This document shows positions 46,780 through 60,880 of a stretch of DNA of 64,000 nt, one piece after another. Below the pieces are notes generated by a model that was not told the origin of the DNA, did not search any database, and saw only the letters and a program-made list of their open reading frames with translations. The stretch's first letter is position 1, and each line of letters opens with the position of its first letter. The translations under genes and the position numbers were made by a program. The stretch lies in contig NW_021833046.1 in the NCBI RefSeq assembly GCF_006345805.1, positions 22,859-86,858 on the forward strand. Reading direction: 5' to 3'. This DNA comes from Octopus sinensis (Eukaryota).

Positions 46780-48520
46780 CTCTTTGATAATCAATGTCTT
46801 GTGCATGAAATTTGGTAGATACATACATACACCTGCATCAAATCACGTCAAGGGTAAAGAAGATGCTTTAGAGAAAGGCATGAAATTACTAGAAAGAAGA
46901 ATAACTATGGAAATAACTATTGTACAATTGATTAGGATGAGAAGTAGCAGTTTGGCTTTGTGCCACAAAGTAGCACTATTAATACCATTATCCTATGTAG
47001 TACCTCTGAAGGAGACTTATCTACATAAGATTAAACCCCTATACCCAGCATATGTGAAGCTGGAGAAAGCCTTTGATAGTTTGCACATTCTATAACCAGA
47101 TGGCTCCAAAGGAAATTAAGGGTAGCTGAAGGGTTTATGAGGATTATATCAGCTATGTATGTAGGTGTAGTTCTAAAATGCATCAGCTGTAAGTTCAGGG
47201 AACATTAGGGTTCAGTTCTCAACCCCACTCTGTTTATTATTCTTAGGGCCATAACAGGGATTCAAGAATGACTGTATATAGTAATTCCTTCTTGTATGCT
47301 GATGACCCAGTTCTTGTAGGTAAATCTGAAACAGACTGAGAGAAAGAAATTCCTGACATGAAAGCAAAACATAGACTTGAGAGAAGCTCAAACTTAGCAA
47401 TGGCGAAGGTATTAGTAGGGAAGAAGACCATCATGGAAGAAGGAAGAAGACCATCAATATAGTATAGTCACCATAAACTATGGCCGCACAAGAAGTGTAG
47501 TGGGATTATTGATATGATAACAGAGAAGATAGATTTCACTGTTGTAAATACGCTATGAAATCTACTTCCAGTACACAGGCAGTCAGCAGTAAGATTACAC
47601 ATAAAATAGATTCTTTCATATGTCTGGAAGGCTTCCCAGTAGTCGATTGACCTTTGTTTCCTTAGATTGCTTAACTAGCAATGGAGGTGGGTGCTCTGAA
47701 AGAATAGGGTGAAAAAATTTCAAGAAGCTTCTGCCTTTGCAAATAAAGGATTTGTCTCTCTCAGAGTGAAGGCAGGTTGTATATGATCAGCCATCTCCAC
47801 TAATAATTAAGTCACCTTGATAAATAAGAAAAGAAAAAAAGTCCTGTCAACAACTGGTAGGGAGTCTTTCAGGTATTTGGAAGAATCTTTGCCATTTGTG
47901 CTTTTATTGCTGATTGCTCTTGTGCAGTGCTATGCGGTAACAAGACATGAGCCTTGCATGCTGAGGATGTGCAAAGATTGGAAAGAAATGAAGTGAGCAT
48001 GTTCTAATGAATGTGTAATGTTAGTTAACATGAATAATAGAAGACAAAAGTGAATTGAGAGAAAGACTGGATACAAGAGGAGTCAGATGTAGAATGTAAG
48101 AACAGAGAAGACGGTTCTAGAATAGTTGTGATTTGTGCAGGAGGGTGTTTGTGTGAAGTGGCGAGCTGGCAGAATCGTTAGCAGTATTTCATTTGCCGTT
48201 ACGTTCCGAGTTCAAATTCTGCCGAGGTCGACTTTGCCTTTCATCCTTTCGGGGGTCGATAAATTAAGTACCAGTTATGCACTGGGGTCGATGTAATCGA
48301 CTTAATACCTATGTCTGTCCTTGTTTGTCCTTTCTGTGTTTAGCCCCTTGTGGGTAGTAAAGAAATAGGTGTTTGTGTAAAGTGCTGGGTGGGGGGCAGG
48401 AGTTGAGGCTGTTGAAGACTTAGGAAGACATCTCAAGAAGCTAAACCTCAGCAGAATGACGACAAAGGACTGAGAAGCAGGGCTTGAGAACAGCTGTCTA
48501 AAGTATGATGAAACAAGCCA
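46780..48520 (+). mobile_element. Decayed RTE-like LINE reverse transcriptase relic
   Basis: Motifs YVKLEKAFD (about 47050), GSVLNPTLFII (about 47210), LLYADD (TAT at 47295), then RTE-like C-terminal pieces; many stops and frameshifts; interrupted by a SINE. Confidence 0.8.
48161..48367 (+). mobile_element. SINE family C with 17-bp TSD
   Basis: ggtgtttgtgt(g/a)aagtg at 48144-48160 and 48368-48384. Confidence 0.88.
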
Positions 48521-49269
48521 TCTAACAGAAATTACAATTTATCCTTTTATTAGAATCAAGGGTTCACATATTGTTATATTTCTGCTTAATGTTAGCTACC
48601 GTTTATTGTTATTGAAAAGGATTCATCTCAAAGTAATTGTAAGTGGCTACCATTTGCTTGAAACTCAGTAAATATTTGTCATTAACATGTTTATATTTTG
48701 TTTCTGAAACCATTTCTTTCACTCTCTTTGTCCTCTTTTTCTACTTCTCCATTCTTCTATCTCCCTTTTGCCATTTTTCTTTCTCCCCTTTTGCTATCTT
48801 TCCCATTCTCTCTCCACTTTCCTTCTATCTCTCTCTATTTTCTTTTTTCTCTCTCTTCTGTTTTCTGTCTGATATTTCTTCTGCCCTAGAATACCGCCTT
48901 TCCTTTTCTGATGATGCTCTTATCCACATGTACTCTCTCTCTCTCTCTTTTCAGACTCATTCATACTTGAGGTCAATTCATTAGGAATTGCCTCCATCAC
49001 TTCTTCTCTTCAAAGGGCTTATGACTGAAATTAACTATTTTCATATAGCAATTACCTCTTCATGACTTGTCTATATTCATGACACTGGACACTGAGTTAA
49101 TTCTCTTTGCTCATTATCATCTAAATTATTCAAATTACTGGAGACCAAGTGCCTTCTTGTCTCTAAACAATCAAAACACTTAATCCAGAGAATCTTTTGG
49201 TTTTGAGATTATCTCCCTTACTCATTTCTAGTCTCTTGCAATTTCGTCAAAGCTGTTTAATCTTCTCTT

Positions 49270-49496
49270 GAATGGAAGATTTAATCTCAAGAAATTAAGA
49301 ATGGAAAAAAAATCCATGATAGCAATTTCGTTACAAGAACATATCCGAAACGAAGTAATCCGAAAACGAAGTTCTGTTATATTTGACATGTCAGAAAGCT
49401 CACAGCCTAAGAACCATGCAGTTGTTGGGTGGTATCCAAGAGATGGAAGAAAACCATTCAGAAGACCTCCAAGGCGATGGAAAGATAAGATAGTAA
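49270..49496 (+). mobile_element. RTE-like LINE 3' remnant
   Basis: QEHIRNEVIRKRS...GWYPRDGRKPFRRPPRRWKDKI resembles the RTE W.PR..KR..GRP..RW.D motif. Confidence 0.65.
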
Positions 49497-49727
49497 CGGC
49501 GGCGAGCTGGCAGAAACGTTAGCACGCCGGGCGAAATGCTTATCGGTATTTCGTCTGCGTTACGTTGTGAGTTCAAATTCCGCCGAGGTCGACTTTGCCT
49601 TTCATCCTTTCGGGGTCGATAAATTAAGTACCAGTTACGTACTGGGGTCGATGTAATCGACTTAATACCTATGTCTGTCCTTGTTTGTCCCCTCTATGTT
49701 TAGCCCCTTGTGGGTAATAAAGAAATA
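49497..49727 (+). mobile_element. SINE family C, young copy with perfect 18-bp TSD
   Basis: ggaaagataagatagtaa at 49479-49496 and 49728-49745; CpGs intact. Confidence 0.92.
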
Positions 49728-51910
49728 GGAAAGATAAGATAGTAAAAAAAAAAAAAAAAAAAATTCGGGCCGAATCGAAGAAAAAAAATGCAATCACGGA
49801 AAGAATGGAAGCACATTTTGACGATCGATGTTTCACATCTGATAGTCTAATTGATAGAGCGACACATGCTTAAAAGTGTTTACACACACACACATAACAC
49901 GTACGCAGTTTTTTGTTACAGACTTTGGCAAAATAACGATTCAGAGATTGAAATAAATAGAGAGAGAGGGGGGAGGTGGATTAAAGGGGGATAACTCTAA
50001 AATACATCAACCCAGAAGCAATTATTATTAAAAGAGAAGCAAGTGCGAGACACTTAATAAAACAAGTTGTTTTAATATCTAAACAGTGGGAGGTATTCTC
50101 AGTAATAATAATAATAAGGCGAGCTACTACTGTTTGTTTGCTTGAAATGTCAAGAAAACATTGCAAGTTAATTGTGTATCGAAGAGACTCAAACCAGCTG
50201 GTAAGAAAGCAGCAAATTGCTCACTTTACAAACTGAAGTAGGGAATAATTTCCCCGTAATTACATCAAGGAAAAAGGCTGCGAGGTGGCAGAATCGTTAG
50301 TACGCCGGACAAAAATGCTTAGCAGCATTTCGTCCGTTGTTTCTAAGTTCAAATTTTGCCCAGGTCGGCTGTGCCTTTTATCCTTTCGGGGGTCGAGTCA
50401 ATAAGTATCAGTTGAGCCCTGTGGTCAACATGACCGACGTATCCTCTTCCCCTATATTGCTGGCCTCGTGCCAAAACTCGAAATCAATTACATAAAAGGA
50501 AGCTATATAGTAAACTTATATTCACTTTTTATTTATTTTGCGAGATATCAAAACTTCGTCTTATTGTGAGTGACCAGTTGCATCGATGCAATAACAAATT
50601 TAGGGGCTAATGCAGTTTCGCACCTCTCCTTGAAAAATGCATTTTTTTGAAAAAAAAACTTTTCGGATTCCTTCGTTTTAGGTGTCGGAGATAATGAATA
50701 TGCAAAAAAAAAAAAGAAAAAAAATTTAATTTCACCCCCACCTTTTCTCACCCCAATTAAAATTTTTGATTTTGTTTACTTTAAAGAGATCGTAGCGAAT
50801 TGACGAACATATGCAAATCAAAATTAAATCCAGACAAAAACATTAACGGGAAAAGAATTTGCGTTTCACTTGTGTTTGCCTTAAATAATCGTAAATGATA
50901 TTTTAATGTAAATTAAATATACACCAGTTTATGAGAAACAAACAATGTTTAATAATTCATGTTAGAAAGTTTAATAAGGGGCTCAGATTTCACCCCCTCC
51001 CCAATTTTAAATTTTGAACTTTTTCCTCTGTGTATTTATGTATCTGTCTATCTATTTATCCTCGTCTGTTTATTTATAAAATATATTTCGTCAACTAAAT
51101 GTGGAGGTCCTATAGAAGACGGTGTTACTGTTATTTTTAACCCCAGGAAGACATTCGTATTTATCTCTTTATACACAATATCTATATGCTTATTGAATTT
51201 AAAATTTTGAAAACGTGGTTTCTTGTCTATTCGGAATCTCCGTCATCTAAAACATTGGGTAAAAAAAAAAAAAAATTCGAAAAAGTTCTAAATTTTAAAT
51301 TTGGTTAGGTGAAATTAAAAAAAAAATTTTTTGCATATTCGTAATCTCCGACATCTAAAACGTATGCATTTTTCAAAGCCCACAATTCTTGAAATAATTA
51401 CTCTTTCCACTTTCCAAAATCGTATGGCATTCACCCAGCTGTGCAGCTATTTGATGTGCAAAATGTCTCTGTTCATTACCTGGTCTTCAAGTTCTCCTAG
51501 CTTCCAAACTGCAAACAATCATTTTGCTCTCTTGCTAAAAGAATCTCCATTTCTTCTAGATAATGATGTCTATGTAGGCAATGACACAATGGGAAAAGGC
51601 TCCACCTTTGCTGTCCCCTTAGCATCCAGCTCCACCGTAGGCACCCCTGGCCAATCCCATCCAAATCTACCCCATTCCACTTTTCACCAGATACCCCACA
51701 TATGTATACATGCTACTGTTCAGATTTCAAAAGGATATCCTTTTATTTTTTTCACTTGTTTCAGTCATTAGACTGTGGCCATGTTGGGGCACCATCTTGA
51801 AGGACTTTTAGTTGACTGTATTGACCCTAGTATTTATTCTATCAGTCTCTTTTGCTGAACTGCTTAGCTATGGGGACATTAACAAACCAGTACCAGTTTA
51901 TATATATATG

Positions 51911-51957
<47 letters not shown>

Positions 51958-52424
51958 ATTTATGTGTGTGTGTGTGTATTTATGTGTATGTGTGTGTGTG
52001 TGTATTTATGTGTATATGTGTGTGTGTGTATTTATGTGTATATGTGTGTGTGTGTATTTATGTGTATATATATGTATTTATGTGTGTGTGTATGTATATA
52101 TATATATATATATACACACACACATACATATAAATATTTGCGTAACATTCTCCGTTTTTCCCGTCCTTGTTTTCGTATACATTCGATGCTTTTTTTCCAA
52201 GAAATCTAATGCTCTTAGCTTAGTTTTTCCTTGGGGCTGGCCAGATTGGAGCAATCTCGAGTATAACCAGCTGAAATCGCAAAGATAATCTGGAACTCGA
52301 CTGGGGAAAGAAGACTCCGAATGACCTGTCCTTGTTTTCTTTGCATCATCTACCTGGATGTTTTGTTGTACCTTTTTTGTATCACCTGTCTAGATGTTTT
52401 GCATTCTTGTACCATTTTGTATTT

Positions 52425-52464
<40 letters not shown>

Positions 52465-52614
52465 TACACACACGTATGTATATATATTTATTGTTTGCTT
52501 TGCACTTGTTTCATTGGAGCCACATCCTTGAAGGTTTTAGTTTTACTAATTGATCCTAGCATTTATATTTTTTGAATCTGGGTACTTACTCTATCAGTCT
52601 TTTTTGTTGATCAA

Positions 52615-52659
<45 letters not shown>

Positions 52660-52703
52660 TTATATGTGTGTGTTTATTACGTATATATATATATATATAT
52701 ATA

Positions 52704-53076
52704 CTAGCAGTATCGCCCGGCGTTGCTCGGGTTCGTAAGGGAAATAACTATAAAGCATTTTTAGAGAGTTATAGCCAAAAAATGGAAAAAAAATGATGGT
52801 AAATTTTTTTTTTTAGTTAAAAAGGTCGAGTTGCGCCCCCTAGACAGTCTGTGGTTTGTGTTTCTGATTCTCGACCCCATGTCGAATTTATCGATTTTTT
52901 TCAGAACTGGGGGAACTTTTCAAAATTTTCGCTGCGTTAGTTTTGAATTATGACATTGGGCTATGTGTGTGTCAAGTTTCATCAGAATCAGTTGAAAGCC
53001 GTGGTCAGGGTGAGGGTACAACCTGACAGACACACAGAAACACACACAGACAAACTGCCGTTTATATATAGAGAGA
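52704..53076 (-). mobile_element. Non-autonomous Helitron (third body type, shared 3' end)
   Basis: The + strand starts actagcagtatcgcccggcgttgctcggg, identical to the 14985 copy end; the 5' end is tctctctatatataaac on the minus strand. Confidence 0.8.
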
Positions 53077-53429
53077 AGATATATATATATGTGTGTGTGT
53101 TTGTGTGTCTGTATTTGTCTCCCCATCCTTATTTGACAACTTACATTGGTGTGTTTACATCCCCCATAACTTAGCAGTTCGGCAAAAAAGACTCGATAGA
53201 AAAAGCACTAGGCTTTCAAAGAACAAGTCCTGGGATCGAATTGTTCGACTAAAGGTGGTGCCCCAGCATGGCTGTAACCGAGTGACTAATAAAAGAATAA
53301 AAGAATACACACACACACACACACACACATATGTACATATATACATACATACACACATGTACACACATTCTCTCTCTCCCTCACACACACACATGTGCAC
53401 AAATACATGCATGCACACACATTTTTCTT

Positions 53430-54470
53430 TAAGTGTCTGTGACCAAGTTGTAAGATGCTCGGCCTCATCCAAAATCTCTGATTTCTCATCAACTTTCTTT
53501 GAATCCTTGATTTCATGTTGTGGAAGTTTCTAAAATATAGCATCTGATATGACCACCTGCTGCTTAGCTCAATAATAGTGAACCCCAAAACCACTTGTAA
53601 ACTGCACAATATTAGCAGTGATAGGTAAAATGCTGATATATATTTCATCTTTGGTCTTGTCATGAGATATTTAGAGGTTTCATGAGAAGCATGGCATGGA
53701 AATCATGGCAATCACAAAGATTCTTTTTCATATTCTAGTTTTCAGCTGCACAGAGAAAATACATTATTGATATTCCCCATCATCATCATTATTGTCATCA
53801 TCACCATCATCATCATTGTTTAAAAAAAAGGTCAGATGTGTGTGACGGGGGGGAGGGCAGGCAACAAATAGAATGTAGGTTAGGCAAGATTTCTTGATTT
53901 TGAAGTACTTGACTGTCAGCTGTTTTGAAGTTTGTCCCTTTCATGTGGTGAAGTATTTCTTATTGTCAGCAATATAGGACTCAAGGTGCTTGAACTTACT
54001 CGCTTTCTTGAGTTGGATGCCCTCATTGGAACAAATTAGCCCTTGGCTTTCATCCTTATCAATGGTTTTGTGCTATGTCTTCTCTGCATTGAGAAATTGA
54101 CTGACTTTGGTTACAACCTTCTCAAGTGATTTTTTTATCTTTTACTTGTTTCAATCATTAGATGGCAGCCATGCTGGAGCACTGTGATGTTAACAAACCA
54201 AGACTATCATGCAAAGAAAACCTATCAAGCTTTGCCAAAAAAAAAGATGGTTTAGCTAAAGGGTTTTCACACAGAGTCCTTCAGAGAGACGCTCCTTTCT
54301 TGTATGTCATGGTAGTGGAGAGCAATATTAGAAAAAGTGTTGACCCCTACCTGTCCAAGTAAAAGACTCCATCATCAGGCAAAAGCTGTCAAGATGTCAG
54401 CTGGGTCAACATTTACCTGACCTTTACTATGCTGATGATTTTGACCTTGCTGCATCCTCTCATCTAACAT
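53430..54470. mobile_element. RTE-like RT relic with internal inversion
   Basis: The + strand 54225-54470 encodes RVLQRDAPFLYVMVV and HLPDLYYADD (TAT at 54428); the minus strand 54128-53430 encodes the immediately downstream RT segments (LEKVVTKVSQFLNAEKT, KFKHLESYI). Confidence 0.65.
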
Positions 54471-54706
54471 CAACATTATCATCATCACCACTGTCGTCGC
54501 CACCACCTCTGCCACCAACAGTTCTAAGAACACCACCATCCTCATCACCGTCACCACCAGCAACACCATCATCATCATCATCACCACAACAACCACCATC
54601 ACCACCACCACTACCACCTTCATTGCCACTGTTGTTACCACTACTGCTGACCACCGTTGCCATCACCACCACCACTGTTAGCATCATCATCATCACCATC
54701 ATCGCC

Positions 54707-54755
<49 letters not shown>

Positions 54756-54790
54756 CCATCACCATCACCACCACTACCATCACCATCACC
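54470..54790. repeat. (CAT)/(CAC) trinucleotide microsatellite field
   Basis: Direct reading. Confidence 0.95.
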
Positions 54791-54991
54791 TTCTCATGTT
54801 GGTTTGGGGTAAAAGGATTGTTGCTGCTCTCCTAAAGGGATTGGAGGACCACATCTCACTTATAAATTTCATTTTTGACTTGGTTCCTGAGGCTGGTTCC
54901 CAGCATCAACCATTTTACTGAGTGTACTTGATGCATCATTTGTAGTAGGTTACACACAGACACAGACATATGTATATACATATATATATAT

Positions 54992-55230
54992 AGTTGTGGC
55001 TGTGTGGTAAGAAGCTTGCTTCCCAAACACATGGTTTCAGGTTCAATCCCACTGCATGGCATCTTGGGCAAGTGTCTTCTACTATAGACACAGGTTGACC
55101 AAAGCCTTGTGAGTGGATTTGGTAGACAGAAACTGAAAGAAGCCTGTTGTATATATATATATATATATCTATGTGTCTGTGTTTGTCACCCCATCATAAC
55201 TTGACAAGCAGTGCTGGTGTGTTGCATTTG
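54992..55230 (+). mobile_element. SINE family A, decayed 5' half
   Basis: tggctgtgtggtaagaagcttgcttccc...ttggtagacagaaactgaaagaagcctg. Confidence 0.75.
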
Positions 55231-55529
55231 TGTAGCTTAGCGATTCAGTAAGGAGCCTGTGTGTGTGTGTGAGTTGTTTTTTTTTTTGTGTAGACATCAT
55301 GTGATAGTTGTAAATGAGTGTCACTGTTATACAGCAGTGTCGTTCATTTCTAACGTTCTGTGAAAAACATGTTCGACAATTGGGAAATATTACCTTACTT
55401 GCAAATAGGTGAAGGTTAGCAACAGGAAGGGTACCCAACTGTAGAAAATTTCTCTCAACTAATTCTGTCTGACCCAAGTGAGCATGAAAAAGACTAGACA
55501 TTAAAACAGTGATGTTGATGACGACGATG

Positions 55530-55652
<123 letters not shown>

Positions 55653-56968
55653 CACACACACAGGACTTTGGTGAAATTTTGATTTCAAATGCTAAATAAA
55701 CAAAAGATTTTGACATTCAGAAGTAGAAGATTAATTGAAGATATATATATATATATATATTTATGAAAAAAATTAGAAGAAATTAACAGCCAGGAAAATC
55801 ATTTAAATTTTCATATTTTTTTATTATTTTTTTTTGTCTTAAAGCACACACACACACACACACCTTGAACATAGGAGGTTGGTATTGCTGTCATCATCTT
55901 TGGTTGGAGCATCAAACTGATGTTAAGTCACAAACTGAAATGCCACAAGTACTGAGCAAGAAGCCGGCAGTCCCTAACCCCTACTCCGTAGATGGCAGTG
56001 TTGTGGTCTCAGGAGGCACAGCAGATAAAATATGTGGAAGAAGGAGGAGGAGGAGAAGAAGAAGTAGAAGAAGAAGAAGGAGGAGGAAGTAGAGGAGAAG
56101 AGATTAAAAATAAAATACAATAGAAGAGAAAAAAAATAGAAAAGAAAAAACAACAGAATGTTCTTTTGCAGCAACTTCAGCAACAGCAGCAGATGGTATG
56201 TAAGGGTTGTCTGCAGCAAACAAAATAAGGGTGGTTGTTTTGGTTTTGTTAAGTGTTAAGATGGAGACAATTGTTTAGGGTATATTTTAAAAAAAAAAAA
56301 TTTCTTTATTTTGGCAGAGTGGGGGGTGGAGTTTTGGCAGGTACAGGATGGGGCAGAACAGGGTGGGTGATGTTGTGTGAAGGACTGCATGATCTATCTT
56401 TTTGGTGGGTGGGTGAGGGTGGGGGCTGGAAGTTTATTTTTTTACTTGTTTTTTTTTGTCTTTATTATTTTTTTTTTGCTGGTGGAGGAATTAAAGAAAG
56501 AAGGAGATAAGGAGGTGATTGTGGTTCTATGTTTTTGCTGGTGACAGTGGTAGGGTGATGGATGGTGGTTAGTGGTGGTGGTGGTGGTGGTGGTGGCGAT
56601 ATCATTGTGGTGTGGCAACCAAAGATGTTTTTTCCAGAATCTTTGGAGGAAGTAAGGAAGAATGGTTATTTTGAATTTCTGTTTTGTCAGGTGAATTCAT
56701 TGTGGAAGTGCATTTGTGCATGTCTGTGTGTCTTGGTACTTGGGTAATGGGTGGATTAGTCCATGATCGACATGGGCAACAGGTTGGTGCCATCACAATC
56801 ATCGTCATCATCATCATCATCATCATCATTGTCAACGTCATCGTCATTATTGTCATCATCACCATCATCATCATTGTTTAAAAAAAAAGGTCAGATGTGT
56901 GTGGCGGGGGAGGGCAGGCAACAAGTAGAATGTAGGTTAGATGTTTGTGAGGAGGCAGCATTGGAGTG

Positions 56969-57009
<41 letters not shown>

Positions 57010-59445
57010 CACACACACACATAGAAACACAGAGAGAGAGAAGAAGGAAAGAGAAAGAGTAAGAGAGAAAACAGATGAGTGAGGATGCTTTTGAAAAGAC
57101 AAGACTTGGAAAATAATAACAAGAGGTTTGTGGCAACGAGGACAAAGGTATGGGATGTAGAATTAATGTTTTCACCAGCTTATGGCATTACACCAAAAAA
57201 AAAAACAAAAATTAAATTAAATTAATTTAAATTAATTCATTAATCAATAAATGGCTGACAAAAACCCACAAAATATATGAAATGGTTTGCAATTAAATTT
57301 CTGCAATTCTCTTATTTGTGCGCCTTTGAAAAATTTCTGTTTTTTTTTTTTCTTTACATTGTATATATATTATATATTGTTTTCACATGCTTTTCCAATT
57401 TTTTTTTGTTTTATTTCAATTTTTTACAAACAGTACATGCTTGCTTTGCTTTGTTAATTTTTTTTTAAACATTATTATTTTATTCCATTAGCATTCCTCG
57501 TTTTCGTCTTCCTTTCTTTGTTTTATTCCTTCCTTTTGTTATTTGTTATTCAAATTATTATTATTATTATTATCATTATTATTATTGTTATTATTATTTT
57601 TTTTTGTATATATACACACATATATTTAATATACATACATATATATTATATACATATATATATATATACATATATATTTATTTATATATACATATCTATA
57701 GCTATATATATGTGTATATATAAATATTTATTTATTTATATATACATATCTATATCTATATATACACACACATGTATATAAACATATATCTATATATATG
57801 TATGTATATATATGTATATATACACATGTATATAAACAGATATCTATATATATGTATGTATATATATGTATATATATATATATATATATATGCACACATA
57901 TACACACACACATATATATATATATATAATATATATATATATATATGCACACATATACACATACACACATATATATATATATATATATATGCACACATAT
58001 ACACATACATATATATATGCTTTTTCTCTTTTTTTCCAAATAAATTTATGCAACTTGTTTAGTTTTATCTTCTGTGATTAGTAGAAGAGGATAGCAGGGC
58101 TAGCTGGGGGAAGAGGGAATGGAAAGCGGGAACGGAAGGAGGGGAGGTTCAGTGGTAGGGTGGATTTGTTTGTTGTTTAGTAAAATTAGTCATGTGACAG
58201 TTATGTTACATTACAAAAAAAAAAAAATAACAAATGAAATTCCCTAGATGTTGATGATTTTTTTTTATGTCTGAGGTGGGACGAGGGGAAGAAGAAAAAA
58301 ATGAAGAAAGTAAAAAGACGGTCGAGCAGGTGTGGAGTTGAATGTGACAATGTGTTCTGTCACACAGCACTGAATACTGTTTTTTTTTTTTTAAGAGCAA
58401 AAAAATATTAAAAAAAAAAGTGAAAATATTTATTATGTGAATTTTTTTTTTTGATTATTTGTGATTTGAGTAATTCATTAGATATGCTATCCCATCACTT
58501 TTATGGTACAAAATTGAAAGGGAGGATGAAAGGATAGTATTAGAGGGAGTGAGAGAAATAGGGAGAAAGAAGGGTAAGAGAGCAAGAGAGGGAGAGACAC
58601 AAGCAATGGCAAAATGATATAAGTTATTGATCTAAAGTTAAATTTCTCATACGCACACTTATTTGTACACATGTATGCTTATATACTCATAAATTAAGTA
58701 CACCAGTACACCAGTTCAAATGTTACAACGAGAGCCAGTGAGTTGTATCCCAGGGCAAGGCACATAAATCTGCCTGCCTCAGTTCGCCTGACTGACAACA
58801 GGTTTCCACTCCTACTTCATACTTGAATGAATAGCAGTAAAAAGGGCATTGAACCCTAAAAGATGTTAGCTCCAACATAAAAAGAGAAAGAATGAAAATC
58901 CCCAAAAAACAAAACGAAAACACTATCAGGACCATGCTAGCATGGGAACGTTGGATGTTCAAAAGGAAATACAAATTATACATACATATGTATATGAGTG
59001 TGTGTGTGTGTGTGCGAGAGAGAACACATGAAGAAGCTTTTTATATAAACTAATATTTGTAAATACACACACCAATGTATATAAGATCAATATAGGGAAT
59101 GGAAATGTGCACACATTTCTTAAACTTACATACTATCATATATACATACATATACACACACATAAATGTAACAACATACATACATATGTATATATATATA
59201 TATATATAAACACACACACATATGTATACATAGTATGTATGCTTATATATATATATACAGATGCACATATATATGCACACACATATACATGTATGCATGA
59301 GTATGTGTGCTTGTATATATATATATATGAATAAATATTCATATGTATGTATTAATAAATATTTTACAATAAATATATATTTAAAAATATACATACACGC
59401 TCTCATGTGTGTGCGTGTGCTTCAGAATGTATGTATGTGTGTTTT

Positions 59446-59500
<55 letters not shown>

Positions 59501-60159
59501 CAGTCAATCATATCAACTGGTTTCATACTGGCTATTAAGCTTGATGTTACATAATAGCATGGTTATGTAATACTGCATGCTCATCAGAGCATACTTGCTA
59601 GCCCTGATGAGCATATGGTATTACTTAACTGTGCTGTTATATAACACCTGATATAATACCCAATAGGAAACCGATTGGATATCCAAATGGATAGATAATA
59701 CAGTACACATTCATTAATATACAAGTGTATATTTTTTCTGACTCATAAATTCTTAGACGACTTGACATACATACACAACATATATGCACACACACATTTA
59801 TACAAACACACACACACACACACACATATAAGTTCACTAATTTATAAATCAACTCAGAGATAATTTAATTTATTTTATACTGGTACAAGGCCCAAAATAT
59901 GTTGGAGAGGCATAGAGTTGACAAACTAAACTGACCCTAGTTATCGTTTCATACTTAATTTATTGAGTCCCGATCAGGGCTAAAAGGCTAAGTAGACCCA
60001 GGTGGGATTGAAATTCAGGTGCCGAAATTATGTAGGGTAATGCCTTTAGCTCGGTACACCCACGTTTTTATTTTATTCCATAAAAACGATGAAATACAAT
60101 GAAGGAAATATCATGGAAGTCTCCATTTTCCTTATTTTACCCCCAATTTTATTAACAAC

Positions 60160-60365
60160 TTGTTAACATATATATAATTGTGTATATACATATATATATA
60201 TATATATATGTAAATACACATATATATATATGTATGTATATACACACATATATATATATATATGTATATATATGTGTATATATGTATATATATGTGTATA
60301 TATATGTGTATATATGTATATACACATATATATATATGCATATGTATATATATATATATGCATAT

Positions 60366-60400
<35 letters not shown>

Positions 60401-60458
60401 ATGTATATATATATATATGTATAATATATGTATATATATATATATGTATATATATATG

Positions 60459-60489
<31 letters not shown>

Positions 60490-60724
60490 GTATATATATA
60501 TATGTATATATATATGTATATATATATATGTATATATATATGATATATATATATATATGTATATATATATGTATATATATATATGTATATATATATGTAT
60601 ATATATATATATATGTATATATATATGTAATATATATGTATATATATGCATATATATATATGTATATATATGCCTATATATATATGCATAAAATATATAT
60701 GCATATATATGTATATATATATGC

Positions 60725-60756
<32 letters not shown>

Positions 60757-60789
60757 GCATATATATATGCATATATATATACATATATA

Positions 60790-60845
<56 letters not shown>

Positions 60846-60880
60846 TTGTATAAGTATTTATATGTATATAAATTTGTGTG
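60160..60880. repeat. Very long compound (TA)n/(TATG)/(TGCA) microsatellite
   Basis: Direct reading; similar fields at 1431-1512, 5645-5870, 57600-58020, 59100-59500, 61250-61965, 62350-62600 and 63400-63535. Confidence 0.97.

Noticed and set aside
53430-53531. Apparent minus-strand exon KLPQHEIKDSKKVDEKSEILDEAEHLTTW
   Set aside because: Lies collinear with RTE-like RT remnants and has no convincing donor; better explained as a LINE relic.
55865-56219. Arg-rich and Ser/Phe-rich ORFs
   Set aside because: Driven by a (GAA)/(GGA) repeat; the non-repeat part shows no recognisable domain.
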